A stretch of DNA of 64,000 nucleotides from Rhodoferax sp. (GTDB taxonomy: Bacteria > Pseudomonadota > Gammaproteobacteria > Burkholderiales > Burkholderiaceae_C): NCBI RefSeq assembly GCF_030653815.1, contig NZ_JAURYQ010000017.1, positions 17,370 to 81,369 of the forward strand. The letters run 5' to 3'. Below, in pieces: positions 40,631-52,627 of the stretch. Both the position numbers and the translations under genes were made by a program. A model generated the notes under the pieces. The model searched no databases. It saw only the letters and a list, made by a program, of their open reading frames with translations, and was not told where the DNA came from. Each line of letters starts with the position of its first letter. The stretch's first letter is position 1.

Positions 40631-43035
40631 CAGTTTTTCTCCAAATAATGCATGGCCACCCAGGCTTGCCCGAGCGCGATGCTGCCATCGCCCGGCGAAG
40701 TCATGCGGGGCGCCAGCACCATGATGCCATGGCGTTCCAGATTTTGCCGCAGGTGGGTGGACACCAGGGCATTGAGAAAGCAGCCGCCGCCCCAGGCCAG
40801 GGTGGTCAATCCGGTGGATTGTGAGGCTCGCAGCACCCAATCGGTCAAGGCGGTCACCAGGGTGGCATGGAAGCTGGCGGCGGCCTGTGCGGCATCACCG
40901 GCATCGATCAGCGAAGCCAGCAGCGGTAATAAATTCAGTTGCCCCTCGTTGCTGATGGCATAGCCACCCGGCAGGGGTTCGGGCCAGCCATGGGTATCGA
41001 CAAAACCTGTGGCCGCCTGCTCCAGCAGCATGGCGGCTTGGGCCTCGTAAGCCAGGGTGGCGCTGATGCCGAGCAGGCCCGCCGCTGCGTCGAACAAGCG
41101 GCCCATGCTGGACGTGCGCGGACAGTTGAACTGGCGCAGCAGCATGGCCGCCACCGTGCTGGCGGCTGGGTCCTGACAGCGGCGTACGATCTCGTCATTG
41201 CGGCCGAGCTCATGTAGCACCGCAGCCGCCATGCGCCAGGGCGCGCGTGCGGCACTGTCAGCGCCGGGCATCGGAAGCGGTTGCAGATGGCCCAGGCGCG
41301 CGACCGTTGCGCCATCGACCCTGAGCAGCTCGCCGCCCCAGGCCGTGCCATCGGTGCCCAGGCCGACACCGTCCAGCGCCAGACCCAGCACCGGGCCGTA
41401 CCAGCCGTGCTCGGCACAGACGGCGCCCAAGTGGGCATGGTGGTGCTGCACCGCCAAGGTGGGCAGGTCGTGTTGCTGCGCATAGGCCAAGGCAGCGCGC
41501 GTGCTGTAGCTGTCGGGGTGCAGGTCGTGCGCGACCAAAGCTGGTTGGGTATCAAGCAGAGCGCACAGACCTAGCACGGTTTCATCCAGAAATTCGCAGC
41601 TTGCCACGTCGTCCAGGTCGCCGATGTGCGGGGACAAAAATGCTTCATCGCCCCGGGTCACGCAGACAGTGTTCTTGAGGTGGGCACCAAAGGCCAGCAC
41701 CGATGGCCCGGCATGGGTAAGGCGAATGGCGGCCGGTGCGTAGCCGCGACTGCGGCGGACAAATTGCCAGGTCTTGCCCACGGGGCGAATCACGCTGTCA
41801 TCGCAGCGCGCCACGATCTCCCGGTCATGGTCCAGAAAGGCGTCGGCAATGCCAGCCAGGCGGGTGTGGGCTTCTTGTGTATCCCGCACCATGGGCTCAC
41901 CGCCCGGGTTGGCGCTGGTCATCACCAGCACCATGGCCTGCGGCTCGACAAGCCAGGCGCTGCCCGTGGGGCGCCCCGCGGCTTCATGGAACAACAGGTA
42001 GTGGATCGGCGTGGTGGGCAGCATCACGCCCAGGCTCAGCAGGCCCGGGGCGACACCGGGCAGGGCGACCGCACCAGCCGTTGTGGCCGGCAGCAGCACG
42101 ATGGGACGCTCGCGACTTGCCAGCAGCGAGCGTTCACTTTCGTCGTGCGCGCCCAGCATCGGGTCTTCGTCACTGCGAGCGTAGCGCGGCAGTCCATGGC
42201 TGCGGAAGTCATGGATTGCTTCACTGCGTTCGCAATGACGAATGTGAGCGAAAGGTGCTAGGCTGGCGACATTGGCCAGCATCACGGCAAAGGGCTTGGC
42301 GTCACGGTTCTTGCGCAAGCGCAGCCGCGCCACCGCTTCAACGTTGCGCGCGTCACAGGCCAGATGAAAGCCGCCGAGGCCCTTGATGGCGACGATGCCG
42401 CCGCTTTGCAGCAGGTGCAAGCTTTGCGTGATCGGGTCGCCGGCGATGGTCTGGCCTTGTGCATCCGATAAACTCAGGCGCGGTCCGCATTGCAGACAAC
42501 AGGTGGTCTCGGCGTGAAAGCGTCGGTTGGCGGGGGCAGTGTATTCAGCACTGCAGTCCGGACACAGCGGAAACGCGGCCATGCTGGTCTGTGGTCGGTC
42601 GTAGGGCAGGGCGCGCGTGACGGTAAAACGTGGGCCGCAATGGGTGCAGGTGATGAAGGCGTGGCGCCAGCGCCTGCTGGATGGGTCAAACAGTTCCTCA
42701 AGGCAATCGGCACACACGGCCACATCAGGGCCAATCGCGGTGGCGGCCTGTCCCGATTGGCTGGCGATGATGCTGAACGCGGTGAAGGACTCTGCCGCCA
42801 GGCCCCGCGTCTGCACGCTGTCAACACGTGCCAGCGGTGGGGCATCGGTGCGCAGGCGCGCTCGCAATTCAGCCAAGGCGAAAGGGCTGCCCTGAGCCAG
42901 GATCTCAACGCCCTGGGTATCATTGCGCACCCAGCCGCTCAGATTGAGTTGCTGCGCCAGTCGCCAGACAAAGGGTCTGAAACCGACGCCTTGAACAATG
43001 CCGGTAACGCGGAGGTGCTGGGTTTGCAAGGTCAA
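40630..43035 (-). CDS. hypF: Carbamoyltransferase HypF (probable TTG start), with a ~30-aa in-frame insertion
   Basis: [14 protein letters not shown] acylphosphatase domain; two CxxC-CxxC fingers; [13 protein letters not shown]; MTSAN; QHHHAH; DGVGLG-DG--WGGE; SSMGRLFDA; [10 protein letters not shown]. Confidence 0.95.
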   Translation of the reverse strand: MTLQTQHLRVTGIVQGVGFRPFVWRLAQQLNLSGWVRNDTQGVEILAQGSPFALAELRARLRTDAPPLARVDSVQTRGLAAESFTAFSIIASQSGQAATAIGPDVAVCADCLEELFDPSSRRWRHAFITCTHCGPRFTVTRALPYDRPQTSMAAFPLCPDCSAEYTAPANRRFHAETTCCLQCGPRLSLSDAQGQTIAGDPITQSLHLLQSGGIVAIKGLGGFHLACDARNVEAVARLRLRKNRDAKPFAVMLANVASLAPFAHIRHCERSEAIHDFRSHGLPRYARSDEDPMLGAHDESERSLLASRERPIVLLPATTAGAVALPGVAPGLLSLGVMLPTTPIHYLLFHEAAGRPTGSAWLVEPQAMVLVMTSANPGGEPMVRDTQEAHTRLAGIADAFLDHDREIVARCDDSVIRPVGKTWQFVRRSRGYAPAAIRLTHAGPSVLAFGAHLKNTVCVTRGDEAFLSPHIGDLDDVASCEFLDETVLGLCALLDTQPALVAHDLHPDSYSTRAALAYAQQHDLPTLAVQHHHAHLGAVCAEHGWYGPVLGLALDGVGLGTDGTAWGGELLRVDGATVARLGHLQPLPMPGADSAARAPWRMAAAVLHELGRNDEIVRRCQDPAASTVAAMLLRQFNCPRTSSMGRLFDAAAGLLGISATLAYEAQAAMLLEQAATGFVDTHGWPEPLPGGYAISNEGQLNLLPLLASLIDAGDAAQAAASFHATLVTALTDWVLRASQSTGLTTLAWGGGCFLNALVSTHLRQNLERHGIMVLAPRMTSPGDGSIALGQAWVAMHYLEKN
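42166..42242. repeat. 77-nt palindromic element inside hypF
   Basis: 33-nt arms at 42166-42198 and 42210-42242 (26/33 complementary) around an 11-nt loop; translates as [10 protein letters not shown]...[11 protein letters not shown]. Confidence 0.9.
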
Positions 43036-43883
43036 TGCCGTCGAACAGCACGCGCCTGGGCCACGCCCGCGCGCAAAAAATCCAGCCATTCATCCATGCC
43101 TGCGCCACTGGTGGCAGAGACTTGAATCACCTTGATCTCGGGGTTGACCCGGCGCGCATAGCCAATGGCGGCCTTCACGTCGTAATTCAGGTAGGGCAGC
43201 AGGTCGGTTTTGTTGAGCAACATCAGGCTGGCGGCACGGAACATGTCGGGGTACTTGATGGGTTTGTCTTCGCCCTCGGTGACCGACAGGATCACCACCT
43301 TGTGCGCTTCGCCCAGGTCGAACGCTGCCGGGCACACCAGGTTGCCCACGTTTTCGATCATCAGCAGGGACTCTTCGGCCAGTTTGAGCTGGGCCAGGGC
43401 GTGGCCCACCATGTGGGCATCGAGATGGCAGCCCTTGCCTGTGTTGATCTGAATCGCCTGCGCGCCAGTGGCGCGAATGCGGTCGGCATCCTGGCTGGTT
43501 TGCTGGTCGCCTTCGATCACGGCGACTGTCTGCTGTTTCAGCAGTTCGATGGTCTTGCATAGCAAGGTGGTTTTGCCCGAGCCCGGGCTGGAGACCAGGT
43601 TCAGCGCAAAAATGCCGCGCTCGGAAAGTAGCCGGCGGTTGGCTTGGGCATAGGCCTTGTTTTTGGCCAGGATGTCCTGCTCGATTTGCACCCTGCGGGT
43701 GGGCGTGACGCCCGGCGCATGGGAATGCGCAGGTGCTGCGTCATGCGTGTGTTCGTGGTCATGGGGGTGTTCGTGCGCGTGGCGGGTGCCATCGGCGTGC
43801 ACATGTTCATGGACGTGGTCATGTTGCACTGCCGCGCCGTCGATCCTGACCTCACCTTCACCGCAACCACATGTCACACACAT
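43032..43883 (-). CDS. hypB: Nickel-insertion GTPase HypB
   Basis: MCVTCGC, His-rich stretch, [34 protein letters not shown]. Confidence 0.97.
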   Translation of the reverse strand: MCVTCGCGEGEVRIDGAAVQHDHVHEHVHADGTRHAHEHPHDHEHTHDAAPAHSHAPGVTPTRRVQIEQDILAKNKAYAQANRRLLSERGIFALNLVSSPGSGKTTLLCKTIELLKQQTVAVIEGDQQTSQDADRIRATGAQAIQINTGKGCHLDAHMVGHALAQLKLAEESLLMIENVGNLVCPAAFDLGEAHKVVILSVTEGEDKPIKYPDMFRAASLMLLNKTDLLPYLNYDVKAAIGYARRVNPEIKVIQVSATSGAGMDEWLDFLRAGVAQARAVRRH

Positions 43884-43925
43884 TGCCTGCCTCCTCGATT
43901 GGATCCGTTGGGACCACGTTGGTGC

Positions 43926-44267
43926 TCAGCTTACCTCAAGTTCCTTCACCCGCATGTCAGTGCCGGCCGTCACTTGCAGCGGGTAGCTTCCGCACTGCGG
44001 GCATTCGCCAAAGACCTCGGTCAGGGGCACGGTCCGGGCGCAGGCCTCACACCAACCCTGGCCGGGCAGGGTGATGATCTCCAGCCTGGCCCCGTCGGCC
44101 ACCGTGCCGCGCGTCACCGCATCAAAACAAAAGGCCAGGGCTTCGGGCTCCACACCCGAGAGTTGGCCAATTTCAAGCCAGACGGCGCTGACCTTGTTGA
44201 ACTGGTCCCGGCGTGCCGCGTCCTCGATGAGTTGCAACACACCTTCGGCCAGCGACATTTCGTGCAT
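43926..44267 (-). CDS. hypA: Nickel metallochaperone HypA
   Basis: MHEMSLA; CEAC and CPQC zinc motifs. Confidence 0.97.
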   Translation of the reverse strand: MHEMSLAEGVLQLIEDAARRDQFNKVSAVWLEIGQLSGVEPEALAFCFDAVTRGTVADGARLEIITLPGQGWCEACARTVPLTEVFGECPQCGSYPLQVTAGTDMRVKELEVS

Positions 44268-44296
44268 GGCGCTGTCCCAACATGCCTTCGCGCAGC

Positions 44297-46627
<2,331 letters not shown>

Positions 46628-46870
46628 GTTGACACCTCAAAACAGTAATATCAGTATGAACGAACGCTTTGGCAGCCAGCGTTGGGCAGGACAAGGAATC
46701 AACCTGGTCAGACAAGAGGTGTGGGCGAACATTTGGTGTGCAGTCCTTGCGGTAAGTTGGCCGGATGAAAAATGTGTCATCACGTGGCCGGGACCGGAGG
46801 TGCTGCTGTCGCGCTTGTCGGAAAGCGTCGGATTATACCTTTTGGCATCAACCTGATGGCCATTGCGGAT

Positions 46871-48730
46871 TCAGGTGGCAGACTCCAGCAGCAAGCGGCG
46901 CGCCTGCAACTCGCGGTAGCGCTGCAGCGCCCCGGGATCAACCTTGGCGGCCTCGATCGCCAGGGTTTCTTCGGTTTTGAGGTGCTCGATCAGCATGCGG
47001 TTGATCAGATGGCGCAACTCATTGAGCTCCTCGGCGGCATCGCTGTCGGCGCCAAGTTCGTAGCCGGCCATGAGCTTGAGCGCAAAGTCTTCGCTCTCAT
47101 GCCCTTGCAGGCCTTCGCGCAAGGCGACCCAGGGGATCGGGCCGTGCTCATGAAGCTGGCTCTCAAGCCAGGTAAACAACGGACCATGAGGTGCTGGCAG
47201 ACCGCAGAGCAGGGTGTGGTCTTCGGCCGACAGGGATTCCAGCGCGGCCATGTTGTCGAGCAAAATGCGCGCCGCATGGTCGGCCCGGCTGGCGGGCAGA
47301 CGGCCGCCTGGGGTGCGTGTGGGCGCTTTCTTTTTGTAGTTCCTGGGGCTGTAGTCGGGGAAGTCCTGACGGGCTGGGCCGTCATTGCCATAACGTTCAG
47401 ATTTTTCGCGCTTGACCTTGGTTGGCGCCGGGTGCCAGATGTCGGTGAGTTCGCGCGGACTGAGTTGGACCAGGTCGGCGATCTCGGCCAGCAGTTGTTG
47501 TTTGAGGGCGCCCGCGGGCAGCATTTCCCACAAGGGTTTGGCATTGCTGGCCAGATGGGCGCGGCCTTCGGCGCTGTGCAGGTCGCAGCCGTCGCGCGCG
47601 GCGTCGATCAAAAAGCGGCTCAGGGGCACGGCCTCGCTGATATAGCGGGCAAAGGCGTCCTTGCCGTGCTCCCGGATGAAGCTGTCCGGGTCGTGTTCGG
47701 CCGGCAAAAACAAGAACTTGACCGAGCGCACGTCGGTGGCCAGTGGCAGTGCGGCATCGAGCGCCTTGCGTGCCGCGCGCCGGCCCGCGCTGTCGCCGTC
47801 AAAGCTGAACACCACCGCATCGGTGAAGCGAAACAGCTTGTGCACATGCTCGGGCGTGCAGGCCGTGCCCAGTGTGGCCACCGCATTGGGAAAGCCCAAC
47901 TGCGCCAGCGCCACCACGTCCATGTAGCCTTCGGTCACCAGTGCGTAACCCTGCTCGCGCAAGGCGCTGCGCGCCTCAAACAAACCGTAAAGTTCACGCC
48001 CCTTGCTGAAAACCGGGGTTTCTGGCGAATTGAGGTACTTGGGCTTGTCATCGCCCAGCACGCGGCCGCCAAAGCCGATGTACTCGCCCTTGATGTTCCG
48101 GATCGGAAACATCACCCGATCACGAAAGCGGTCGTAACGTTTGGCTTCCTGGCCTTCTTCTTCAGTCAGGATGACCAGGCCGCTTTCCACCAGAAGCGGG
48201 TCGTCGTAATTGGGGAAGACGCTGGCCAGACTGCGCCAGCCTTCGGGTGCGTAGCCGAGCCCAAACTGCTTGGCAATCCGCCCGGACAGCCCCCGGCCCT
48301 TGAAATAGGCCACGGCGCGCTCGGAGCCCTTGAGCTGCTTTTGATAGGCCAGGCAGGCTTTTTCCAGCACCTCGTTGAGCGTGCTTTGTTTTTGCCGCTG
48401 CTCGGCCGCGCGCGCCCGGTCCTGCGGGCTGGCATCGTCTTCGGGCACTTTCATGCCAAATTGCTGGGCCAGGTCCTGCACCGCTTCGACAAAGCTCATG
48501 CCCGCGTGCTCCATCAGGAAGCCGATGGCGTTGCCGGTCTTGCCGCAGCCGAAGCAGTGGTAGAACTGCTTGGTCGGGCTGACTGAAAAAGAGGGCGACT
48601 TTTCGCTGTGAAACGGGCACAGGCCCATGAAGTTGGCGCCGCCCTTTTTGAGCGGCACATAGCGCCCGACGATCTCCACCACGTCGGCACGGGCGAGCAA
48701 TTCCTGAACAAAGGTTTGGGGGATGGACAT
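46871..48730 (-). CDS. dnaG: DNA primase
   Basis: CPFH-EKSPSF..HCFGC zinc finger; KYLNSPET; EGYMDV; FDGDSAG; DPD. Confidence 0.98.
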   Translation of the reverse strand: MSIPQTFVQELLARADVVEIVGRYVPLKKGGANFMGLCPFHSEKSPSFSVSPTKQFYHCFGCGKTGNAIGFLMEHAGMSFVEAVQDLAQQFGMKVPEDDASPQDRARAAEQRQKQSTLNEVLEKACLAYQKQLKGSERAVAYFKGRGLSGRIAKQFGLGYAPEGWRSLASVFPNYDDPLLVESGLVILTEEEGQEAKRYDRFRDRVMFPIRNIKGEYIGFGGRVLGDDKPKYLNSPETPVFSKGRELYGLFEARSALREQGYALVTEGYMDVVALAQLGFPNAVATLGTACTPEHVHKLFRFTDAVVFSFDGDSAGRRAARKALDAALPLATDVRSVKFLFLPAEHDPDSFIREHGKDAFARYISEAVPLSRFLIDAARDGCDLHSAEGRAHLASNAKPLWEMLPAGALKQQLLAEIADLVQLSPRELTDIWHPAPTKVKREKSERYGNDGPARQDFPDYSPRNYKKKAPTRTPGGRLPASRADHAARILLDNMAALESLSAEDHTLLCGLPAPHGPLFTWLESQLHEHGPIPWVALREGLQGHESEDFALKLMAGYELGADSDAAEELNELRHLINRMLIEHLKTEETLAIEAAKVDPGALQRYRELQARRLLLESAT

Positions 48731-48801
48731 GACCGGATTGTAGGAAGCCGCCAGCCCGAACTATCGCGGCGGGTCCAGCGCTGTCGCGGCCGGTCAGCCG
48801 G

Positions 48802-49560
48802 TCAGCGCGGCGCCAGCCGGATCGCGCCGTCGAGCCGGATCACCTCGCCATTGAGCATGTCGTTCTCAAAAATATGCACCGTCAGCTTGGCGTAGTCCTG
48901 CGGCGTGCCCAGGCGCGACGGAAACGGCACGTTGGCCGCCAGCGCGTCCTGCACTTCCTGGGGAAAGCTGAACAGCATCGGGGTGCCAAAAATACCGGGG
49001 GCAATGGTCATGTTGCGAATGCCGTTGCGCGCCAAGTCGCGGGCAATGGGCAGCGTCATGCCGACGATGCCACCCTTGGATGCACTGTAGGCGGCCTGGC
49101 CGATCTGGCCGTCAAAAGCCGCCACCGAGGCGGTGGAGATCAGCACACCGCGCTCGCCCGTGGCCTCGGGCGCATTTCGGCTCATGGCGTCCGCGCACAG
49201 GCGGATCATGTTGAAGCTGCCGACCAGGTTGACGCTGATACATTTGCTGAACAGTGCCAGGGCGTGCGGGCCGGTCTTGCCCACGGTTTTCTCGGCCGGT
49301 GCAATGCCGGCGCAGTTCACCAGGCCCATCAATTTGCCCAAGCCAGTGGCGCAGGCCACCACGGCTTGCGCGTCAGATTCGCTGCTGACGTCGCATTTGA
49401 CAAACGCGCCGCCAATCTCCCTGGCCACGGCTTCCCCTTTGTCGGCCTGCATGTCGGCAATCACCACGGTACCGCCCTTGCTGGCGAGCATGCGGGCCGT
49501 GCCTTCGCCCAGACCCGAGGCGCCACCGGTGACGACGAATACTTTGCCTGCAATTTCCAT
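48802..49560 (-). CDS. Short-chain 3-hydroxyacyl-CoA dehydrogenase (HSD10-like SDR)
   Basis: [44 protein letters not shown]. Confidence 0.92.
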   Translation of the reverse strand: MEIAGKVFVVTGGASGLGEGTARMLASKGGTVVIADMQADKGEAVAREIGGAFVKCDVSSESDAQAVVACATGLGKLMGLVNCAGIAPAEKTVGKTGPHALALFSKCISVNLVGSFNMIRLCADAMSRNAPEATGERGVLISTASVAAFDGQIGQAAYSASKGGIVGMTLPIARDLARNGIRNMTIAPGIFGTPMLFSFPQEVQDALAANVPFPSRLGTPQDYAKLTVHIFENDMLNGEVIRLDGAIRLAPR

Positions 49561-49695
49561 GGTGAACTCCAAAAAGTGATTGACGTGAACGTAAACGTCA
49601 ATTATGGCGCAAGCGCCCACTGTGAATTTTCGCTCCCGGGGCCTCGGATCGGCGCAATATTGCGGCTATACTCTCGTTCTCTTTTAGAGACCCTT

Positions 49696-49772
49696 AGGCG
49701 CGTAGCTCAGCTGGTTAGAGCACCACCTTGACATGGTGGGGGTCGTTGGTTCGAGTCCAATCGCGCCTACCA
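49696..49772 (+). tRNA. tRNA-Val(GAC)
   Basis: aggcgcgtagctcagctggttagagc, ccacc-ttGACat-ggtgg, ggttcgagtcc, cgcctacca. Confidence 0.96.
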
Positions 49773-49785
49773 AATTTGGTAGATA

Positions 49786-49824
49786 AATCAAGCACTTAGC
49801 GGCAACGTCAAGTGCTTTTTTTGT
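49786..49824. terminator. Terminator hairpin between convergent tRNAs, with an IHF consensus box
   Basis: aagcactta..aagtgctt plus T run; nearly identical to 720-757. Confidence 0.75.
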
Positions 49825-49892
49825 GGGCGTTTGCAAGCTATGTCTCATGGCGCGAGGGCTACGAGGCGGTGATCGGGGAGATTTGGGGGGAG

Positions 49893-49966
49893 TGGAGCGG
49901 GTGATGGGAATCGAACCCACGCTATTTGCTTGGGAAGCAAAAGTTCTACCATTGAACTACACCCGC
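49893..49966 (-). tRNA. tRNA-Gly(CCC)
   Basis: The minus strand reads gcgggtgtagttcaatggtagaac, tttgc-ttCCCaa-gcaaa, ggttcgattccc, cccgctcca. Confidence 0.95.
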
Positions 49967-49972
49967 GTTTTG

Positions 49973-50130
49973 TAACTGCTTGATTCTTCTATAAGTTTTC
50001 AGATAAGTGATTGATTTTCAACGTTTTTTAAACTTTCGTTGAAAATTTTATCACCACATCAAACCACATTAAACCGCATTCACTTATGATCTAGGCGTAG
50101 GTTTTGGCGTAGGTTTTTGGAACTTACGCC
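49973..50130. promoter_or_regulatory. att-like region: two IHF boxes and putative integrase arm-type sites
   Basis: taactgcttgatt (49973-49985) and taagtgattgatt (50004-50016) are reverse IHF consensus; tandem ggcgtaggtttt at 50094-50117 plus inverted aacttacgcc at 50121-50130; ~10-bp accacat repeats at about 50052-50080. Confidence 0.65.
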
Positions 50131-50178
50131 GCCTGGGAAATCCCCCCGACGACTTGATCACATGGAGATTGTAGTTCG

Positions 50179-51456
50179 ATGTATTTTGATGCCCGCGCCG
50201 CAAAGCTGCTGCCACCCGGAGAACATATGGTTATCGACGGCTGTCCTGGGCTGCGTCTAGTGGCTACGCAGACCGGCAAGACCTGGACCTACCGATACAA
50301 GGATGCCGCCAATCGAATGAAGCAGGTGCGCATCGGTCAGTGGCCGGTGATGCCGGCGCACGTAGCAGCTACGGACTGGCAAGCGTTGCGCGACCAGCGC
50401 GAGGCTGGCGTCGACCCGGCTGCACAGCGCAAGGCCCAGCGCCAGGCTGTCAAGGTCGAAGCGCCCGCGGTCTACACCGTGCGTAAGCTGTTGCAGGATT
50501 TCAAGGACGGGCATTTGCGCCAGAGTCGCAAGCCGGCAGGATTTGACGCAGCCGCAAACATGTTCGATCGCATCCTCGAGGACAAACCCGGCTTTGCCGA
50601 CAAACCCGCTGATGAGGTTGCGCGCGCCGATGCGTTCGAGGTTCTGGAAAGCCGAAAAGCTACGCCAACGATGGCGCAAAAGCTACGCTCGTTATTCGGT
50701 TCGGCCTGGGACTATGCGCTCGATGCCGGCAAGCTCGATGGTGATGCGACCAACTGGTGGCGCCTGGTGCAGCGCGGCCGGATCAAAAGCAAGGGCAAGG
50801 TGATTGGGGGCAAGCATCAGGGCCAGACGCGGCGCGTGCTGCACCCGGATGAAGTTTCGCAACTGCTGTCCTGGATTCCCAACATGCACGCCACCGGGCG
50901 CGATCTGGTGCTGATGCACTTATGGACGGCCACACGCGGCGCCGAAATTTTGTCCATGCAGCGCGACCACATTACGCAGACTGACGAGCAGTGGTGGTGG
51001 ACGGTGCCCAAGTCGCTTACCAAGAACGCCAACGTTCCGCAGGCAGTCGATTTACGCGTCCCATTGTTCGGCCAAGCACTGGCCGTGGTGCAGCGCAGGA
51101 TGGCGTCCATTGGGCCGTCCGGCCTGATGTGGGAGGATGCCAAGGGCAAGGCATATAGCCAGCATGATTTTTCGACCTACATCTACAACCTGCAGCCTTA
51201 CAGCCCCAAGGTGACAGGGCGCCAGAGCATCAGCGGGCTGGTGCTACCAGTAACGCACTGGACGCCACACAATCTGCGACGCACGGCCAGCACCATGCTA
51301 TCGAGTCTCGGATGCGTCAAGGAATACCGTGAGGCGATCCTGGGTCACGTTCAGCCGGGCGTTGAGGGCATATACAACGCCTACAGCTACGACGCTGAGC
51401 GTATTGAATGGCTCAAAAAACTGTCAGACCGTATGCAAAGCCTGATGCCAAAGTGA
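50179..51456 (+). CDS. int: Tyrosine recombinase/integrase with N-terminal arm-binding domain (P4-like)
   Basis: GLRL----GKTWTYRYK...RQVRIGQWP arm domain; catalytic R (TRGAE), HNLRR, LGH and Y (GIYNAY) intact. Confidence 0.95.
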   Translation: MYFDARAAKLLPPGEHMVIDGCPGLRLVATQTGKTWTYRYKDAANRMKQVRIGQWPVMPAHVAATDWQALRDQREAGVDPAAQRKAQRQAVKVEAPAVYTVRKLLQDFKDGHLRQSRKPAGFDAAANMFDRILEDKPGFADKPADEVARADAFEVLESRKATPTMAQKLRSLFGSAWDYALDAGKLDGDATNWWRLVQRGRIKSKGKVIGGKHQGQTRRVLHPDEVSQLLSWIPNMHATGRDLVLMHLWTATRGAEILSMQRDHITQTDEQWWWTVPKSLTKNANVPQAVDLRVPLFGQALAVVQRRMASIGPSGLMWEDAKGKAYSQHDFSTYIYNLQPYSPKVTGRQSISGLVLPVTHWTPHNLRRTASTMLSSLGCVKEYREAILGHVQPGVEGIYNAYSYDAERIEWLKKLSDRMQSLMPK

Positions 51457-51711
51457 TCAAGTCGGCTTGCCAGCGCGACCATGGCCGCTGTTGATGGGTG
51501 GCACAAAGTCCGACACTGGCCGAGCGCGCCCCCAGGCATCGAGCTCGTCCACCAACCAGGCGGTGCGCCCGGCAGAAATGCGCCGAGGTTTGGGCGCGTC
51601 ACCCTGGGCTACCAGCTTGTCTAGCATTGAATCGCTGATCGACAGATACATCGCCGCTTGCTCCCGCGCCAGGTACAGTGGCTTGATGGTAATGATGGCA
51701 TCCTTGGTCAT
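51457..51711 (-). CDS. AlpA-like excisionase / HTH regulator
   Basis: LAREQAAMYLSISDSMLDKLVAQGDAPKPRRISAGRTAWLVDELDAW; its stop abuts the int stop. Confidence 0.85.
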   Translation of the reverse strand: MTKDAIITIKPLYLAREQAAMYLSISDSMLDKLVAQGDAPKPRRISAGRTAWLVDELDAWGRARPVSDFVPPINSGHGRAGKPT

Positions 51712-52013
51712 TCTTCCATCTCGTCGGGTTCGTTGCTGTGGTCCATTTGCAAAAGTCAGATATCGTCAGGAGCCACAAACTTTAGCCATAGCAATGAGTT
51801 GATCTTGCGCGACAGGCTGTGCGGGCATTCACGGCGTTCCGAGTGCAACAGTTGTCATGTGTAAGCGGCGTGGGCCGTTATTGAGCGATATGGTGAGCTT
51901 GTTTGTTCGGAAAAACATGATTTACTCCAGCTGGACAGATGACGCCAGCATGTTTGGTAGTTGCTTGATACCGCTGGTGTGCAAGTGGGGCTAATGCGCT
52001 AACGCCTTTCAAA

Positions 52014-52433
52014 ATTCAACTCATTGGGGATGCCGTGCGACAACCCCAGCCGTGGGGCTAACCCCTGGACGACGCTCAAACGGACTGCCAAAACAAAGTC
52101 GCTCCGCTTTGTTCGCCTTGTCAGTCCGTTTCAGCCCAGCAGAAAGGTTCAGTCTCGTGTCCGAATGGTCACGCAAGTTTTGCAATCTTGGTCAATTTGA
52201 AAAAATTCTTTGCGAATTGCCCGAAACCCAGCCAAGCTTGCAAGGCACCCGGTTTGCCTAATGCCACCCCGACAACGATCGTTGTCGCAACATCCGAAAG
52301 GATGATTCAACTCATTGGGGATGTCATTCGACAACCCCAGCCGTGAGGCTAACCCCTGGGCGACGCTCAAACGGACTGTCAAAACAAAGTCGCTCCGCTT
52401 TGTTTGCCTTGTCAGTCCGTTTCAGCCCAACAG
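52014..52433. repeat. Two 129-bp direct repeats (52014-52142 and 52305-52433), each with a long hairpin
   Basis: 8 mismatches in 129 nt, offset 291 bp; aaacggactg...aacaaag-loop-ctttgtt...cagtccgttt stem. Confidence 0.92.
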
Positions 52434-52627
52434 CCAAACTCACCACAGGCGCGCGCGTCCATACTTGCGACGCACCCGTATTGGCTATCCGCCGTCGTGG
52501 CGGATAGTCGATTGGAGATGCAAATGAAAAGAATGTCCGGCGTGGTACTGTCAATCAGCCTGTCTACCGTCGTCGTGGCGACACGGCGCGCACAACGCGG
52601 TGAACTGTCGCGTGGTCTTTTTTGATC
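52434..52627. other. Candidate oriT region
   Basis: Non-coding stretch directly upstream of mobC-relaxase; perfect 9-bp IR ctatccgcc/ggcggatag (52485-52507); catacttgc (52460-52468) loosely resembles the MOB-P nic motif YATCYTG/Y. Confidence 0.45.

Noticed and set aside
52052-52625. Short ORFs overlapping the 129-bp repeats
   Set aside because: They are translations of the repeated hairpin DNA in several frames with no RBS or family signature.
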